Shown: positions 27,912 to 37,659 of the stretch, piece by piece | Layout of the letters: each line of letters starts with the position of its first letter | Numbering within the stretch: position 1 is the stretch's first letter | From: an uncultured delta proteobacterium | GTDB lineage: Bacteria > Desulfobacterota > Binatia > Binatales > Binataceae | Direction: 5' to 3' | Assembly (NCBI GenBank): GCA_963801665.1 | Contig: CAWDFL010000003.1 | Span: 88,901-152,900, forward strand | DNA length: 64,000 bases | Program-made: the position numbers and the translations under genes | The notes under the pieces: generated by a model | Seen by the model: the letters and a program-made list of their open reading frames with translations, nothing else | Databases searched by the model: none | What the model was told of the DNA's origin: nothing

Positions 27912-28379
27912 CTACGCATCGGTCGCCGGCTGGACCATGGCGGCGTGCCGGGCCGGCTCCAGCGTTTCCAGTTGCGCGAACCATCCGTGCAGATAAATTC
28001 CCGCCGCCATCGCCGCGACGAACACGACCACCGGAGCGGCGCCCGAGGCGAGCGCTGTTATCGCCGGGCCGGGACAGAAGCCGCTGAGACCCCATCCCGC
28101 GCCGAAGAGGGCCGCGCCGGTGATCAGGCGCAGGTCGATGTCGCTGCGATTGGGGATCAGAAACCTCGCGGCGAGAATCGGCGATGGCATCGTTCGGCTG
28201 AGCCGATACGCGATGAAATAGACGCCGATCGCGCCAATGATCACGAACGCAAGGCTCGCATCCCAGTTTCCGAAGAAATCGAGGAATCCAATGATTTTGA
28301 TCGGACGGGTCATTCCGGAAATCCCGAGGCCAAGGGCGAATACGATCCCCGAAATGAAAGAGGTGAGCGTCGCCTTCAT
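27912..28379 (-). CDS. YeeE/YedE family membrane protein (sulfur-transport, half-size)
   Basis: MKATLTSFISGIVFALGLGISGMTRP...LITGAALFGAGWGLSGFCPGPAI: the conserved Cys-containing motif of YeeE/YedE. The real start is an internal Met of the 198-aa ORF, giving an ATGA overlap with the upstream half-gene. Confidence 0.75.
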   Translation of the reverse strand: MKATLTSFISGIVFALGLGISGMTRPIKIIGFLDFFGNWDASLAFVIIGAIGVYFIAYRLSRTMPSPILAARFLIPNRSDIDLRLITGAALFGAGWGLSGFCPGPAITALASGAAPVVVFVAAMAAGIYLHGWFAQLETLEPARHAAMVQPATDA

Positions 28380-28808
28380 TGGATACCGCCCAGAACGTGA
28401 TTGACGAAGTACACGACGATCGCGCCCGTCGCGATGAAGGTTGCCGTCGCGACTATCGAGCGCGGCGAGAGCCTGCTCATGCCGCACACGCCGTGGCCGC
28501 TGGTGCATCCGTTGCCGAGCCGCGTGCCGAAGCCGACCAGCAGTCCCGCCACCGCGAGCACCGGGTACGAACGCAATTCACCGAAATTGTAAGCGCCGGG
28601 AAGAAAGATTCTCAGCAGAACTCCTCCGGCGATCAGGCCAGGCGACGAACCATATCTTCCAGAGGGTGTCGCCTTTGGCGGGCTTCAGGATTCCGGCGAA
28701 GATACCGCTGATACCGGCGATCTTTCCCTGCAGCAACAGCATCGCCGAAGCGCTCACGCCGATCAGAATTCCACCGAACAACGAAGCGACTGGCGTGAAA
28801 TTGTGCAT
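28376..28808 (-). pseudogene. YeeE/YedE family half-gene split by an apparent frameshift
   Basis: N-part MHNFTPVASLFGGILIGVSASAMLLLQGKIAGISGI... (ORF 28578..28808) and C-part ...[49 protein letters not shown] (ORF 28376..28576) lie in adjacent frames. The C-part frame stays open upstream to about 28650. Confidence 0.5.
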
Positions 28809-28837
28809 AGCCCGATCGAGCGAAAAATCCCGGAGCC

Positions 28838-29095
28838 TCAGATCTGAAAATCACCTTTGCGCGCGCGATACTGATTCCTCTTCTGCGCTCGCCGCACTTC
28901 GAGGCTGATCGTTTCGAGCTCGTTGCTGATCTGACTCAGCCGCTGCTGAAATTCCGAGGCCTCCACCTTGATCCCGACCTGGCAGCCCTGGCAGACGATA
29001 CGAGTCTCAGGAGTATGTTCGAATTCCCGCACGAGAAGCGAATTTTTGAAGCCGCACTTCGGGCACGCGATACTTATGGTTTCGTCTTCAAACAT
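28838..29095 (-). CDS. small zinc-ribbon protein (hypothetical)
   Basis: CPKCG...CQGC four-Cys arrangement, 85 aa. Confidence 0.5.
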   Translation of the reverse strand: MFEDETISIACPKCGFKNSLLVREFEHTPETRIVCQGCQVGIKVEASEFQQRLSQISNELETISLEVRRAQKRNQYRARKGDFQI

Positions 29096-29127
29096 ATTTA
29101 AACCTCCAGTATCTCGATCGACTTACT

Positions 29128-29835
29128 TTACCAAATAACGTGCCGACTCCGACAGCGCGCAGTACCGTGGCATATTTGATCTGATCGTATCGAGCGCTGC
29201 CAAATCGCAGGGCAAAAGCATCTCTGCTGAGCTAGATCGCCTTGCTGAGCAGGCACGGCGGTTCGATCGCGGAGGTGACCGGCTCTGCGGGGTCTGTATT
29301 TCCGCTCGCCTTCGAAGAAGAAGCGTCCCACCGCGCTTTCGCGCAGGGCCAAAGCGCTTCGATGAAACCGCCGATCCTTGAGCCAGCCGATCACCTTGGG
29401 GGCCTGGCGCGCAAGTTTCAGGTTGCGCGGAGCGCTCGTGCGCATCGCCTCGACCCGCTGTTTTGCGAAGGGGGATTCGGCAAGCACCAACCGCGGGGTG
29501 CGGATGAAATCGCACATCCGATCCATCAGCGCTTGCGGGTCATCCTCAAGATCCTCGATGAAGACCGGGAGGACGTTGTCCTCGCCGAATTGCCCGATCC
29601 ACTTTCGAAGATAGTGTCCGTAGCGGCAGGATTCGCGCAGATCGCGGTGCGAAATTATTGCGTCGGCGAACTCGTCCCTCGTCCAGACGTTATTGGCCAT
29701 CAGCCTGTAATAGGAGTACGCACGCTCGACCGGGTCGCGGAAGGAACAGATTATTTTGCATCCCGGAAGATCCTTCGCGATCCGCTCCCGCTGAGCGACG
29801 AGAATCGTAATCTCAGCCAAGCCCCCGGCCGTCAT
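29128..29835 (-). pseudogene. sulfotransferase-domain protein, N-terminally truncated at a MITE boundary
   Basis: Contains the 3'-phosphate-binding RDPVERAYSYY motif only about 30 aa from the ORF start. The 5'-PSB (PKxGTT) region is missing. The first codon lies inside the GTCATTTCGAGC terminus of the element at 29831. The C-terminal tail is low-complexity. Confidence 0.5.
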
Positions 29836-30069
29836 TTCGAGCGCTGCGCGAGAAATCCCGAGGCGTCCATGCTCGACGCCAACATCACATGCAGCGCCCT
29901 TGACCCGGGAACGCCAATCTCCCGATTGGCGTCTTTCCGCACGCCAATCGGGAGATTGGCGTTCCCGGGCTCGGAATGACGATCAACAGATCGACTGAGA
30001 CTACGTAGTCATCGCCCGATCGTCTTTGATGGCAGGATGACGGATTTAATTCGGCGTTTATCGACAGCC
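29831..30069. mobile_element. MITE-like element (family copy 3, inverted orientation)
   Basis: GTCATTTCGAGCGCTGCGCGAGAAATCCCGAGG...GGAATGAC unit with an inner CCAATCTCCCGATTGGCG palindrome. Ends ggcAGGATGACggatttaattcggcgTTTATCGACAGcc, the reverse complement of the family start. Confidence 0.7.
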
Positions 30070-30074
30070 TCTTA

Positions 30075-30839
30075 CTATCGGGCGCTGCGTAGCATGCGGG
30101 GCGGAGTCGATTCGGTCGTCGATAACTGCTCGTCGCGGCCGAGAATTCGGTGCAGCACCTGGCCTTCCAACGCGGCGAATTGGCGATCTCCGCGGTCGCG
30201 CGGCCGAGGCAACGGCACCCGCAGCTCCATCGCGATCGTTCCGTGCTCGAGCATCAGGACCCGGTCCGCGAGCGCGACCGCTTCGGCGCAGTCGTGCGTC
30301 ACCAGCACGGCGGTGAAGCCGTTCTCGAGCCACAACTCCTCGATCAGGCGCTGCATCTCGATGCGCGTGAGCGCGTCGAGCGATGCCAGCGGTTCGTCGA
30401 GCAGCATCAGGCGCGGATTGCTCGCAAGCGCGCGCGCCAGCGCCACCCGCTGGCGCTGTCCGCCGGAGAGAATTGCGGGCCAGTCGCGATCACGATTCGG
30501 CAACCCCACTTTCTTCAACGCTTCGACTCCGCGGGCGCGCTCCGCCCGCTCGAGGCCAAGGGTTACGTTGTCGATCACCCTGCGCCACGGCAATAACCGC
30601 GCATCCTGAAACATGACCCGGGTATCGCGGTTGAGACCGGAGGTGTGCTGATTGTCACGCAGGATACCGCCTTCGTCGGGATTCTCGAGGCCGGCCAGCA
30701 GGCGCAAGAGAGTGCTTTTGCCCGAGCCGCTGGCTCCCACGATCGCCACGAACTCGCCCGTCGGGATGCTCAAGTTGATATCGCGAAGCACCGCAACGCC
30801 GTCGTAGCTTTTCGCGAGATTTGAGATCTGAATTCGCAT
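30075..30839 (-). CDS. ABC transporter ATP-binding protein (SsuB/TauB-like, sulfonate/nitrate/taurine type)
   Basis: Walker A GASGSGKST, signature LSGGQRQRVALARAL, Walker B LMLLDEP, H-loop VTHD. Confidence 0.9.
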   Translation of the reverse strand: MRIQISNLAKSYDGVAVLRDINLSIPTGEFVAIVGASGSGKSTLLRLLAGLENPDEGGILRDNQHTSGLNRDTRVMFQDARLLPWRRVIDNVTLGLERAERARGVEALKKVGLPNRDRDWPAILSGGQRQRVALARALASNPRLMLLDEPLASLDALTRIEMQRLIEELWLENGFTAVLVTHDCAEAVALADRVLMLEHGTIAMELRVPLPRPRDRGDRQFAALEGQVLHRILGRDEQLSTTESTPPRMLRSAR

Positions 30840-30845
30840 CCTGGG

Positions 30846-31628
30846 TCACGCCGACCGGTAAGCCGGATGCCATCTGAGAAGCCTTCTTTCGATCATCCGG
30901 CTCGCGCTGTCGGACAATTTGCCGAGCAACGCATAGAGGACGATTGCGAGGACGACGATATCGGTCTGCATGAATTCCCGCGCGTTCATCGCGAGGTAGC
31001 CGATGCCCGAGGTCGCGGCGATCGTCTCCGCGACAATCAGCGTCAGCCACGCGATCCCGAGCGAATACCTGACCCCGACCATTATCGAGGGCAGCGCGCC
31101 TGGAAACACCACGTTCCTGAAGAGCGCAAAGCCGCCGAGGCCATAGACCCGCGCCATTTCCCGCAGGCCGGGGTCGGTGTTGCGAATTCCGTGAAAAGTA
31201 TTGATGTAGATCGGAAAGAAAACGCCCAGCGCGACCAGCACGATCTTCGCCGATTCATCGATCCCGAACCACAGTATGATTAGCGGCAGAAGCGCCAGGT
31301 GAGGGACGTTGCGAATCATCTGCACGCTCGAATCGAGCAGATTCTCACCGAGCGAAGAGACGCCGGTCGCGACCCCAAGGCCGAAGCCGATCGCGCCGCC
31401 GATAAGAAAACCCAGCGCGGCGCGCTGCGCGCTCATCCGGATATGCTCGAACAGCTCGCCCGATTTGGCCAGGCGAACCCCGGCGCCGATCACCGCCGAC
31501 GGCGCCGGAAGGATGCGGGCCGGGAGATATCCGAACTCGGACAAGAACTGCCATGCGCCGCCGATCAGCGCCGGCATCAGCCATGGCATCGCGCGTTTAG
31601 CCGCGCGCCGCGGCCAACTCGGTTTCAC
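30846..31628 (-). CDS. ABC transporter permease (SsuC/TauC-like)
   Basis: Six TM helices, EAA-like loop (AREFMQTD region), BPD_transp_1 pattern. Confidence 0.9.
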   Translation of the reverse strand: MKPSWPRRAAKRAMPWLMPALIGGAWQFLSEFGYLPARILPAPSAVIGAGVRLAKSGELFEHIRMSAQRAALGFLIGGAIGFGLGVATGVSSLGENLLDSSVQMIRNVPHLALLPLIILWFGIDESAKIVLVALGVFFPIYINTFHGIRNTDPGLREMARVYGLGGFALFRNVVFPGALPSIMVGVRYSLGIAWLTLIVAETIAATSGIGYLAMNAREFMQTDIVVLAIVLYALLGKLSDSASRMIERRLLRWHPAYRSA

Positions 31629-32665
31629 TTTGCCCGGGCTCCTCGAGCGTGATCATCGTCTGCGCAAAGCGCGATAGCCTCGCTTCGCGGATTGCCGTCG
31701 CAGAGCACGGCTTTGGCGGCGTCTTCCTTAGACGGCAATAATCCGAGCGAAAAAAACGCGTCGGCCATGCCCTGTTGCGCGTCGATTATCTTTCGATCGA
31801 TAGGCTTGATCCCGTAACTGTGGCGCGATATCAACGTCTGCCAGATGTTCAATGGCAGCCCGGTCGCCTGCGCCAACTGCCCGGCCGCATCGGCAGGATG
31901 AGCCTCCATCCACTGATCGGTCTTTTCGATTTCTTCGATCACCACCCGCAGCGTGTGGCCGTGCTTTTCCGCGACTGGCCGGGTGGAAAGGTAAAACACC
32001 GAATCATTGGTGAGGCCGCTCGCGTCGGCCAGCACCCTGGCCTTCAGATTCAATTGCGCGTCCGCATAGAAGGGATCCCAGATCACCCAGGCATCGAGGC
32101 TGCCGCTCTCGAATGCCGCCCGCGCGTCGGTGGGCGAGAGATCAGCCTGCCGAATATCCGCCAAGCCAAGATGAGCGCTCTGTAGCGCGCGGATCAGCAG
32201 ATATTGAGCGTTGGATGCCCGAGTAAATGCGACGGTCTTTCCCTTGAGATCGGCCAGGGTGCGCATCCGCGAATTTCCCGGCACCAGGATCGCCTCGCCT
32301 CGGGAACTGGAAGTCTCGGCCGCAAGATAGACTAGTTGCGAATCCGTTGCTCCGAGCGCGAATACCGTAGCGGCATTGCCGGCGACGCCCAGATCCAATG
32401 CTCCCGCATTGAGCGCTTCAAGCAGCGGCGGACCAGAGGGAAATTCCGCCCACCTGACGTGAACGCCCAGCGGCGCAAGGCGGCGCTCGAGATTTCCACT
32501 GGATTTGAGAATCAGAAGCGGACCGCCTTTCTGGTATCCGATCTTCAGCTCCGGCAGTGGCTCGTCTTTCGCCTGCGGACCTTCCGCGGAAGATGAAATT
32601 CCGGTCGCAGCAACCGCGATTGCGAATACCAACAATGCTGAGATTAAGGCCTTCTGAAGCTTCAT
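31625..32665 (-). CDS. ABC transporter substrate-binding protein (SsuA/NMT1-like, aliphatic sulfonate type)
   Basis: Signal peptide MKLQKALISALLVFAIAVAATG (internal Met of the ORF), periplasmic-binding fold pattern. The stop overlaps the permease start. Confidence 0.85.
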   Translation of the reverse strand: MKLQKALISALLVFAIAVAATGISSSAEGPQAKDEPLPELKIGYQKGGPLLILKSSGNLERRLAPLGVHVRWAEFPSGPPLLEALNAGALDLGVAGNAATVFALGATDSQLVYLAAETSSSRGEAILVPGNSRMRTLADLKGKTVAFTRASNAQYLLIRALQSAHLGLADIRQADLSPTDARAAFESGSLDAWVIWDPFYADAQLNLKARVLADASGLTNDSVFYLSTRPVAEKHGHTLRVVIEEIEKTDQWMEAHPADAAGQLAQATGLPLNIWQTLISRHSYGIKPIDRKIIDAQQGMADAFFSLGLLPSKEDAAKAVLCDGNPRSEAIALCADDDHARGARAK

Positions 32666-32819
32666 CGGACAAGTTTTCCGCCTGATTCGTCCGCGAACGC
32701 GGCCGAACATGCATCTGAGTATAGACGAGTGAAACTATGGATTTACTAGAATTATGTCAAGCATACGGCGATCCGAAGGACGCGCCACGAGCGACGAATG
32801 TATAGCGGACAAGCGGCGA

Positions 32820-33260
32820 CAAAGACGGGCGGCTCGCGAGTCGGCCCTACGAAAACAGGTTCGGTTGTCATTCCCGCGCGTGGCTGCCGCGCGAGGAATC
32901 CCGGGCGAAGGACCTCTGCATGCAGCGATGGCGTCGAGCATGGACGCCTCGGGATTTCTCGCGCAGCGCTCGAAATGACACCCGGGGGCTGGCGCGGCAC
33001 TCGAGATATCTGAGCCTTTAGCGATATCTGCCATGAAAGTGTATTGGGGGCGATGACTATCGTAGCCTCAGCCGAGCCATTGATCGTCATTCCGAGCCCT
33101 GGGCGAGGAATCCCGAGGCGTCCATGCTCCGAGTCCACGCCTCATGCAGCGCCCTCTCGTTCGGGATTCCTCGCACGGCAGCCACGCGCGGGAATGACAA
33201 CGCCGGACCTGTCTTCGTAGCGGGGCACGCGGCGGTGCCGCGACACATCAGGTAAGAAAG
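32820..33260. mobile_element. tandem MITE-like modules (family copy 4)
   Basis: GGGCGGCTCGCGAGtcGGCCC; two copies of the GTCATTCC...GGGAATGAC palindromic unit (the second 33088-33200 is nearly identical to 40768-40885); gccatgaaagtgtattgggggcgatgactatcgta module; then GGGCACGCGGCGGTGCCGCGACA repeats. Confidence 0.7.
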
Positions 33261-33639
33261 AGCGAGTACTTCGATGATGGCTAAAAAAGTGCGCGGATTG
33301 CCTCATCAATTTAGATGTTTCTTAGGAGCTGGGCACGCGGCGATGCCGCGACAGATCGCGTCAGAAACAGCATCAGGGTATAACGCGGTTGGCGCAAAGA
33401 GCTGAAGACCGAGACCGGCCGTCCCTTGGTGCCGATATGAGCCCGTTTAGGAGCGTGGTCCATGGGGTGTAACGACAAGATCATTGGTGACACGCCATTG
33501 GCGTGATCCCGTTTGGAAGAGTGTTTCCCATTTTTCCACCCCTGTCTTCAGCTCTAACCGCCAAATCCACTGCCTAGGAGAACACCAAAAGCAAGCACTA
33601 CCCAAACCCAAACTACTTGTGTCGCCGAAGCCCGTTTCT

Positions 33640-33745
33640 TGGAAGGGGGCGGCTCGCGAGCCGCCCGTCTTTCGCGCAGCCTGTCGCTACACGCTAACTT
33701 TCATCCTGCGTGGCGGGGCCATCGGACCGGTGAAGGTCTGAGCCT
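33640..33745. mobile_element. solo MITE module (GGGCGGCTCGCGAGCCGCCC type)
   Basis: ggaaggGGGCGGCTCGCGAGCCGCCCgtctttcgcgcagcctgtcgctacacgctaactttcatcctgcgtggcggggccatcggaccggtgaaggtctgagcc matches modules inside copies 2 and 6. Confidence 0.6.
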
Positions 33746-33874
33746 TAATGTCCAATCGTTAACGGATTATTTTTTCTTGTGATGAGGCTTGCCTCGGCCG
33801 TGACTCTTCAATATCTTTCCATCAGTTGAGTAAATTTATCAACTAAATAGCTTATCTTACCTCGGAGGAGGATC

Positions 33875-35161
33875 ATGAAGTCGGCAGTTTTCGCAGTGTT
33901 TTTAGCAACTTTCTTTGCACTCCAAGCCGCGTCCAGCGCTTATGCGCAGGTCAAACCAGGCGATGTAATCACGATCGGCAATGCGTCCAAAGTACGCGAT
34001 CTGGTCTCGCCTGGAGTCTATTACAAGGTCGCCAACGGGATGTCGCTGAAGATCGTTCCGACGTCGCGGCTGGACTGGCCGCCGCCGTACAAGGAAGCGA
34101 CCGAAAAATACTCGTCGCAGGTGATCCTGTCGCAGGACCATCGGTCTTTGCTCGGATACGTGGCGGGCCTTCCGTTTCCTTTTCTCGACCCGAACGACCC
34201 CGACGTGGCGACGAAAATCATCTGGAACGTCAACTTCCACCCCCTCATTTCGGATGACTACGACCTCCGGTTCTACGAGTGCCATATCGAGAACACAGCG
34301 GCGAACCAAACGCCGGATCCGTATGCTTACACCGCGTTCGGCCACTACGCCGGATACAGCCTGATCGGACGCACCGAGGTCGAACCGCTGCCAACCGATC
34401 CGGATTACAAGATCTCGGGCCGGACCTGGCTTTCCGCGATCTATCCGCAGATCTCTCCCGCCCAGCTGCGCGGCACCGGAATAATCCGCTACCGCTATAA
34501 CGACGAAGCCCGCGGCGACGACACCTGGTCGTACAATCCGAAGAATCGGCGGGTGCGCAGACTCAACGAATCGCTCAACACGACCGCTACCGGCTTTGGG
34601 TCATGGAACCCCGACCACTATTCGGGCTTCAACGCCAAGCCGCAGAGCTATGACTACAAGTTCCTCGGCGAGAAGCAGGTGATCGAGAGCATCAGCGCCG
34701 AGCACGTTCCCGCCATAACCTGCCAGACCGACGGCGGCGCGAGCACCTGCCCCGAGGCCTGGGAACTGCGCCACGCATATATCGTCGAGGCGACGCCGCG
34801 CAGGGGAATCGTCGACGCGCTCCAGTCGAAGAACGTCATCTACGTTGATACCGAGGCGTGGAACACGCCCTACGTTGACACCTACGACCGCCGCGGCGAA
34901 CTGTTCCAGAATTATTTGTTCTGGGCCACGTTCCGCGACCGTCCGGTGCCGGATGCGCGCGTGGCAATCTATCCGTACAAACGCCAGTTCATAATTGCCG
35001 CCGGCGCGACCGACGTTCAGAGCGGCGCCGCGAGCATCTGCTATCTGCCCGGCCAGGAAACGCCCGAGCGCGAGACCTGGTACATCAACATGGGTTCGGT
35101 CGACAAGAGTTTCTTCACGACTCAGTCGATGCGCAACGCCGCGGAGAACGGGGGCTTCTGA
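33875..35161 (+). CDS. secreted protein, likely DUF1329-family (LolA-like outer-membrane lipoprotein-sorting fold)
   Basis: Signal peptide MKSAVFAVFLATFFALQAASSAYA. About 400-aa mature protein with the aromatic-rich pattern typical of DUF1329. Family assignment is from memory, not searched. Confidence 0.55.
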   Translation: MKSAVFAVFLATFFALQAASSAYAQVKPGDVITIGNASKVRDLVSPGVYYKVANGMSLKIVPTSRLDWPPPYKEATEKYSSQVILSQDHRSLLGYVAGLPFPFLDPNDPDVATKIIWNVNFHPLISDDYDLRFYECHIENTAANQTPDPYAYTAFGHYAGYSLIGRTEVEPLPTDPDYKISGRTWLSAIYPQISPAQLRGTGIIRYRYNDEARGDDTWSYNPKNRRVRRLNESLNTTATGFGSWNPDHYSGFNAKPQSYDYKFLGEKQVIESISAEHVPAITCQTDGGASTCPEAWELRHAYIVEATPRRGIVDALQSKNVIYVDTEAWNTPYVDTYDRRGELFQNYLFWATFRDRPVPDARVAIYPYKRQFIIAAGATDVQSGAASICYLPGQETPERETWYINMGSVDKSFFTTQSMRNAAENGGF

Positions 35162-35232
35162 CCGTTGCCGCGTGACGGCCATTTTGCGGGAACCGACCGG
35201 ACGGCCGGAGGTTCCGATGGCCAACAGGAGGT

Positions 35233-35574
35233 TTGATCATGGCAAAGAGCATAGGTGCGAGTCTCACGACGAAGCTGGCAATTATTCTTTTGGCTATTCT
35301 ATTTTTGGCTTCGATTGCGGCCTCGGCGTCCGCGAGCGATACCGGCAGGCTGGCGGATTGCATCGCGGTTGCCGACGCCGCCCGAGCCGCCGCGAAGAAC
35401 CGCGACGCCGGAGTTTCGCGGGAAAGGACGATCGAGATCATCGACCGGCAGCAGGCGTCCGGCGATCAACCAGACGAGGTGAAACCGACCGTCGCCGAAG
35501 TGTACAGTGACCACAGCCTGACGCCCGACCAGGCGTCGGACAGGGCATTTCAGAATTGTTTCGAATCCGAGTGA
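35233..35574 (+). CDS. small secreted hypothetical protein
   Basis: Signal peptide (LAIILLAILFLASIAASASA), acidic mature region. Overlaps the downstream peptidase start by 19 nt. Confidence 0.45.
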   Translation: MIMAKSIGASLTTKLAIILLAILFLASIAASASASDTGRLADCIAVADAARAAAKNRDAGVSRERTIEIIDRQQASGDQPDEVKPTVAEVYSDHSLTPDQASDRAFQNCFESE

Positions 35575-37259
35575 GACTTCGACCCTTAATCTGGTCTGCC
35601 TTCGTACTTGCGTTAGCGATTTCAACTTCGCCGCTGCGATCGATCGCGGATTATCCGGCTCATCCGGTGACCACCGCCGCGATCGACGCGGCCGATCTAT
35701 CCGCGCGCGACAAGGCGCTGTCCGACGATTCGTTTCAAGGGCGCGGTCCCGGCACCGCCGCGGGTGAGGCTGCCGCGGATTGGATCGCCGACGAGATGAA
35801 ACGCATCGGACTGCTGCCGGGAAATCATGGCAGTTACTTTCAGCCCGTGCCGGCGGTGACGATCACGCTCGACCCCGCGAAGTCGCGGCTCACGTTCAAC
35901 ACGCCGCGCGGCGCTCTCTCGCCGAACTTTCCCGCCGACACCGTTTACTGGACCCCGCGATACGCGAACGACACGGTAAAGGTCGCGGCATCGCCGCTCG
36001 TCTTCGTCGGCTACGGAATCGTGGCGCCGGAATACAAATGGAATGACTATTCCGGCATCGACGTGAGAGGAAAGACGGTCGTGATCCTGATCAACCATCC
36101 GGGCAACGAGGATCCGCATCCCGATCCCAACCTCTTCAAGGGCAAGGCGATGACCTACTACGGCCGCTGGACCTACAAGTTCGAGGAAGCGGCGCGGCAC
36201 GGCGCGGCGGCGGCGATTATCGTGCACGAGACGGGGCCCGCGGCCTACGGATGGCAGGTAGTGCGCAATTCGTATTCGGGCGCGCGGTCGTGGCTGGTCT
36301 CGGCGGACAAGAACTCGAAGATGGTTCCGGTCCAGGGATGGATTACGCTGGATACCGCGCGCGACCTCTTCAAGCGCTCCGGACTAGATTACGATCAGCT
36401 CAAAGCTGCAGCGAATCGGCGCGGATTCAAAGCTGTCCCGATAACCGGAGCAACGCTGAGCGCCGAAACCCATTCGACGATTACTCACATCACCTCGCGC
36501 AACGTGGTCGGCGTCGTCCGCGGGAAAAAGCATCCGGACGACTACGTTCTATTCACCGCGCATTGGGATCACCTGGGCGTGAAGCAGGAGGCGCCCGGAC
36601 CGCACAAGATTTATAACGGCGCGGTCGACAACGCGCTGGGCGTTTCGGGGATTCTGGAAATCGCCGAGAAGTTCACGCATAGCAAGTCCGTTCCGGATCG
36701 CTCGATCGCGTTCATCTCATGGACGATGGAAGAGCAGGGGCTGCTGGGCTCGGAATACTTCGCCGAGCATCCCCTGTGGCCGCTCAGTCACATCGTCGGC
36801 GGAATAAATCTCGACGCCGATATCCCCGAGGGGCGCGCCCACGATCTCGTAATCGTCGGACGCGGCTCCTCGCAGCTCGAAGACCTGCTCGCGAAGGTGC
36901 TCGCGCGGCAAAATCGCGTGCTGACCGCCGACCCCGAACCGGAGAAGGGACACTTTTATCGATCGGATCATTTCAGCCTCGCCAAGGTCGGCGTGCCGAT
37001 GCTCTCGCCCGCCGGAGGACACGATCTGATCGAGGGCGGCACAGCGGCGGGGCAGGCCGCCGCCGACGACTATCGAATCCATCGCTACCATCAGCCCTCC
37101 GACCAATGGAGTCCGAGCTGGGATCTCTCGGGGCCGGTCGAAGACCTCAACGCCTACTACGAATTCGGCCGCGAGCTAGCCAACAGCAACGCCTGGCCCG
37201 ACTGGTATCCGGGCGACGAATTCCGCGCGATTCGCGACAAGTCGATCAAGGCAAACTGA
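35556..37259 (+). CDS. M28 family metallopeptidase (aminopeptidase) with PA domain
   Basis: Signal peptide. Zn ligand motifs HWDHLG, NGAVDNALG, MEEQGLLGSEYF, YHQPSD. Confidence 0.85.
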   Translation: MFRIRVRLRPLIWSAFVLALAISTSPLRSIADYPAHPVTTAAIDAADLSARDKALSDDSFQGRGPGTAAGEAAADWIADEMKRIGLLPGNHGSYFQPVPAVTITLDPAKSRLTFNTPRGALSPNFPADTVYWTPRYANDTVKVAASPLVFVGYGIVAPEYKWNDYSGIDVRGKTVVILINHPGNEDPHPDPNLFKGKAMTYYGRWTYKFEEAARHGAAAAIIVHETGPAAYGWQVVRNSYSGARSWLVSADKNSKMVPVQGWITLDTARDLFKRSGLDYDQLKAAANRRGFKAVPITGATLSAETHSTITHITSRNVVGVVRGKKHPDDYVLFTAHWDHLGVKQEAPGPHKIYNGAVDNALGVSGILEIAEKFTHSKSVPDRSIAFISWTMEEQGLLGSEYFAEHPLWPLSHIVGGINLDADIPEGRAHDLVIVGRGSSQLEDLLAKVLARQNRVLTADPEPEKGHFYRSDHFSLAKVGVPMLSPAGGHDLIEGGTAAGQAAADDYRIHRYHQPSDQWSPSWDLSGPVEDLNAYYEFGRELANSNAWPDWYPGDEFRAIRDKSIKAN

Positions 37260-37289
37260 CGGCGCAGTTCCCTCACGGGCCGGACACCG

Positions 37290-37580
37290 GCGTGTCATTC
37301 CCGCGCGTGTGGCCGCCGCGCGCGAGGAATCCCGGGCGAAGGGCCACAGCAAGTGACGCCAGCTCCGGAGCATGAACGCCTCGGGATTTCTCCCTTCGGT
37401 CGAAATGACGGTTGAGGGTTTGGTGCATAAAAATCTTAGCCTCAGCCGATCCCGCGATCGTCATTTCGAGCGCTGCGCGAGAAATCCCGAGGCGGCCATA
37501 CTCAACGCCAACAGCACATGCAGTGCCGCCTCGATCGGGATTCCTCGCGCGGAAGCCACGCGCGGGAATGACACCCCGCA
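37290..37580. mobile_element. MITE-like element (family copy 5)
   Basis: Two GTCATTCCCGCGCGTG.../GTCATTTCGAGCGCTGCGCGAGAAATCCCGAGGCGG...CGCGGGAATGAC palindromic units in the peptidase-permease spacer. Confidence 0.7.
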
Positions 37581-37659
37581 CTGCCCCCGAGCTCCGTTCC
37601 GATTGCCTCGATTCAGTTAATCCAGTAAATCGGTCGAGTAACTTGGTTTATATAAAACC

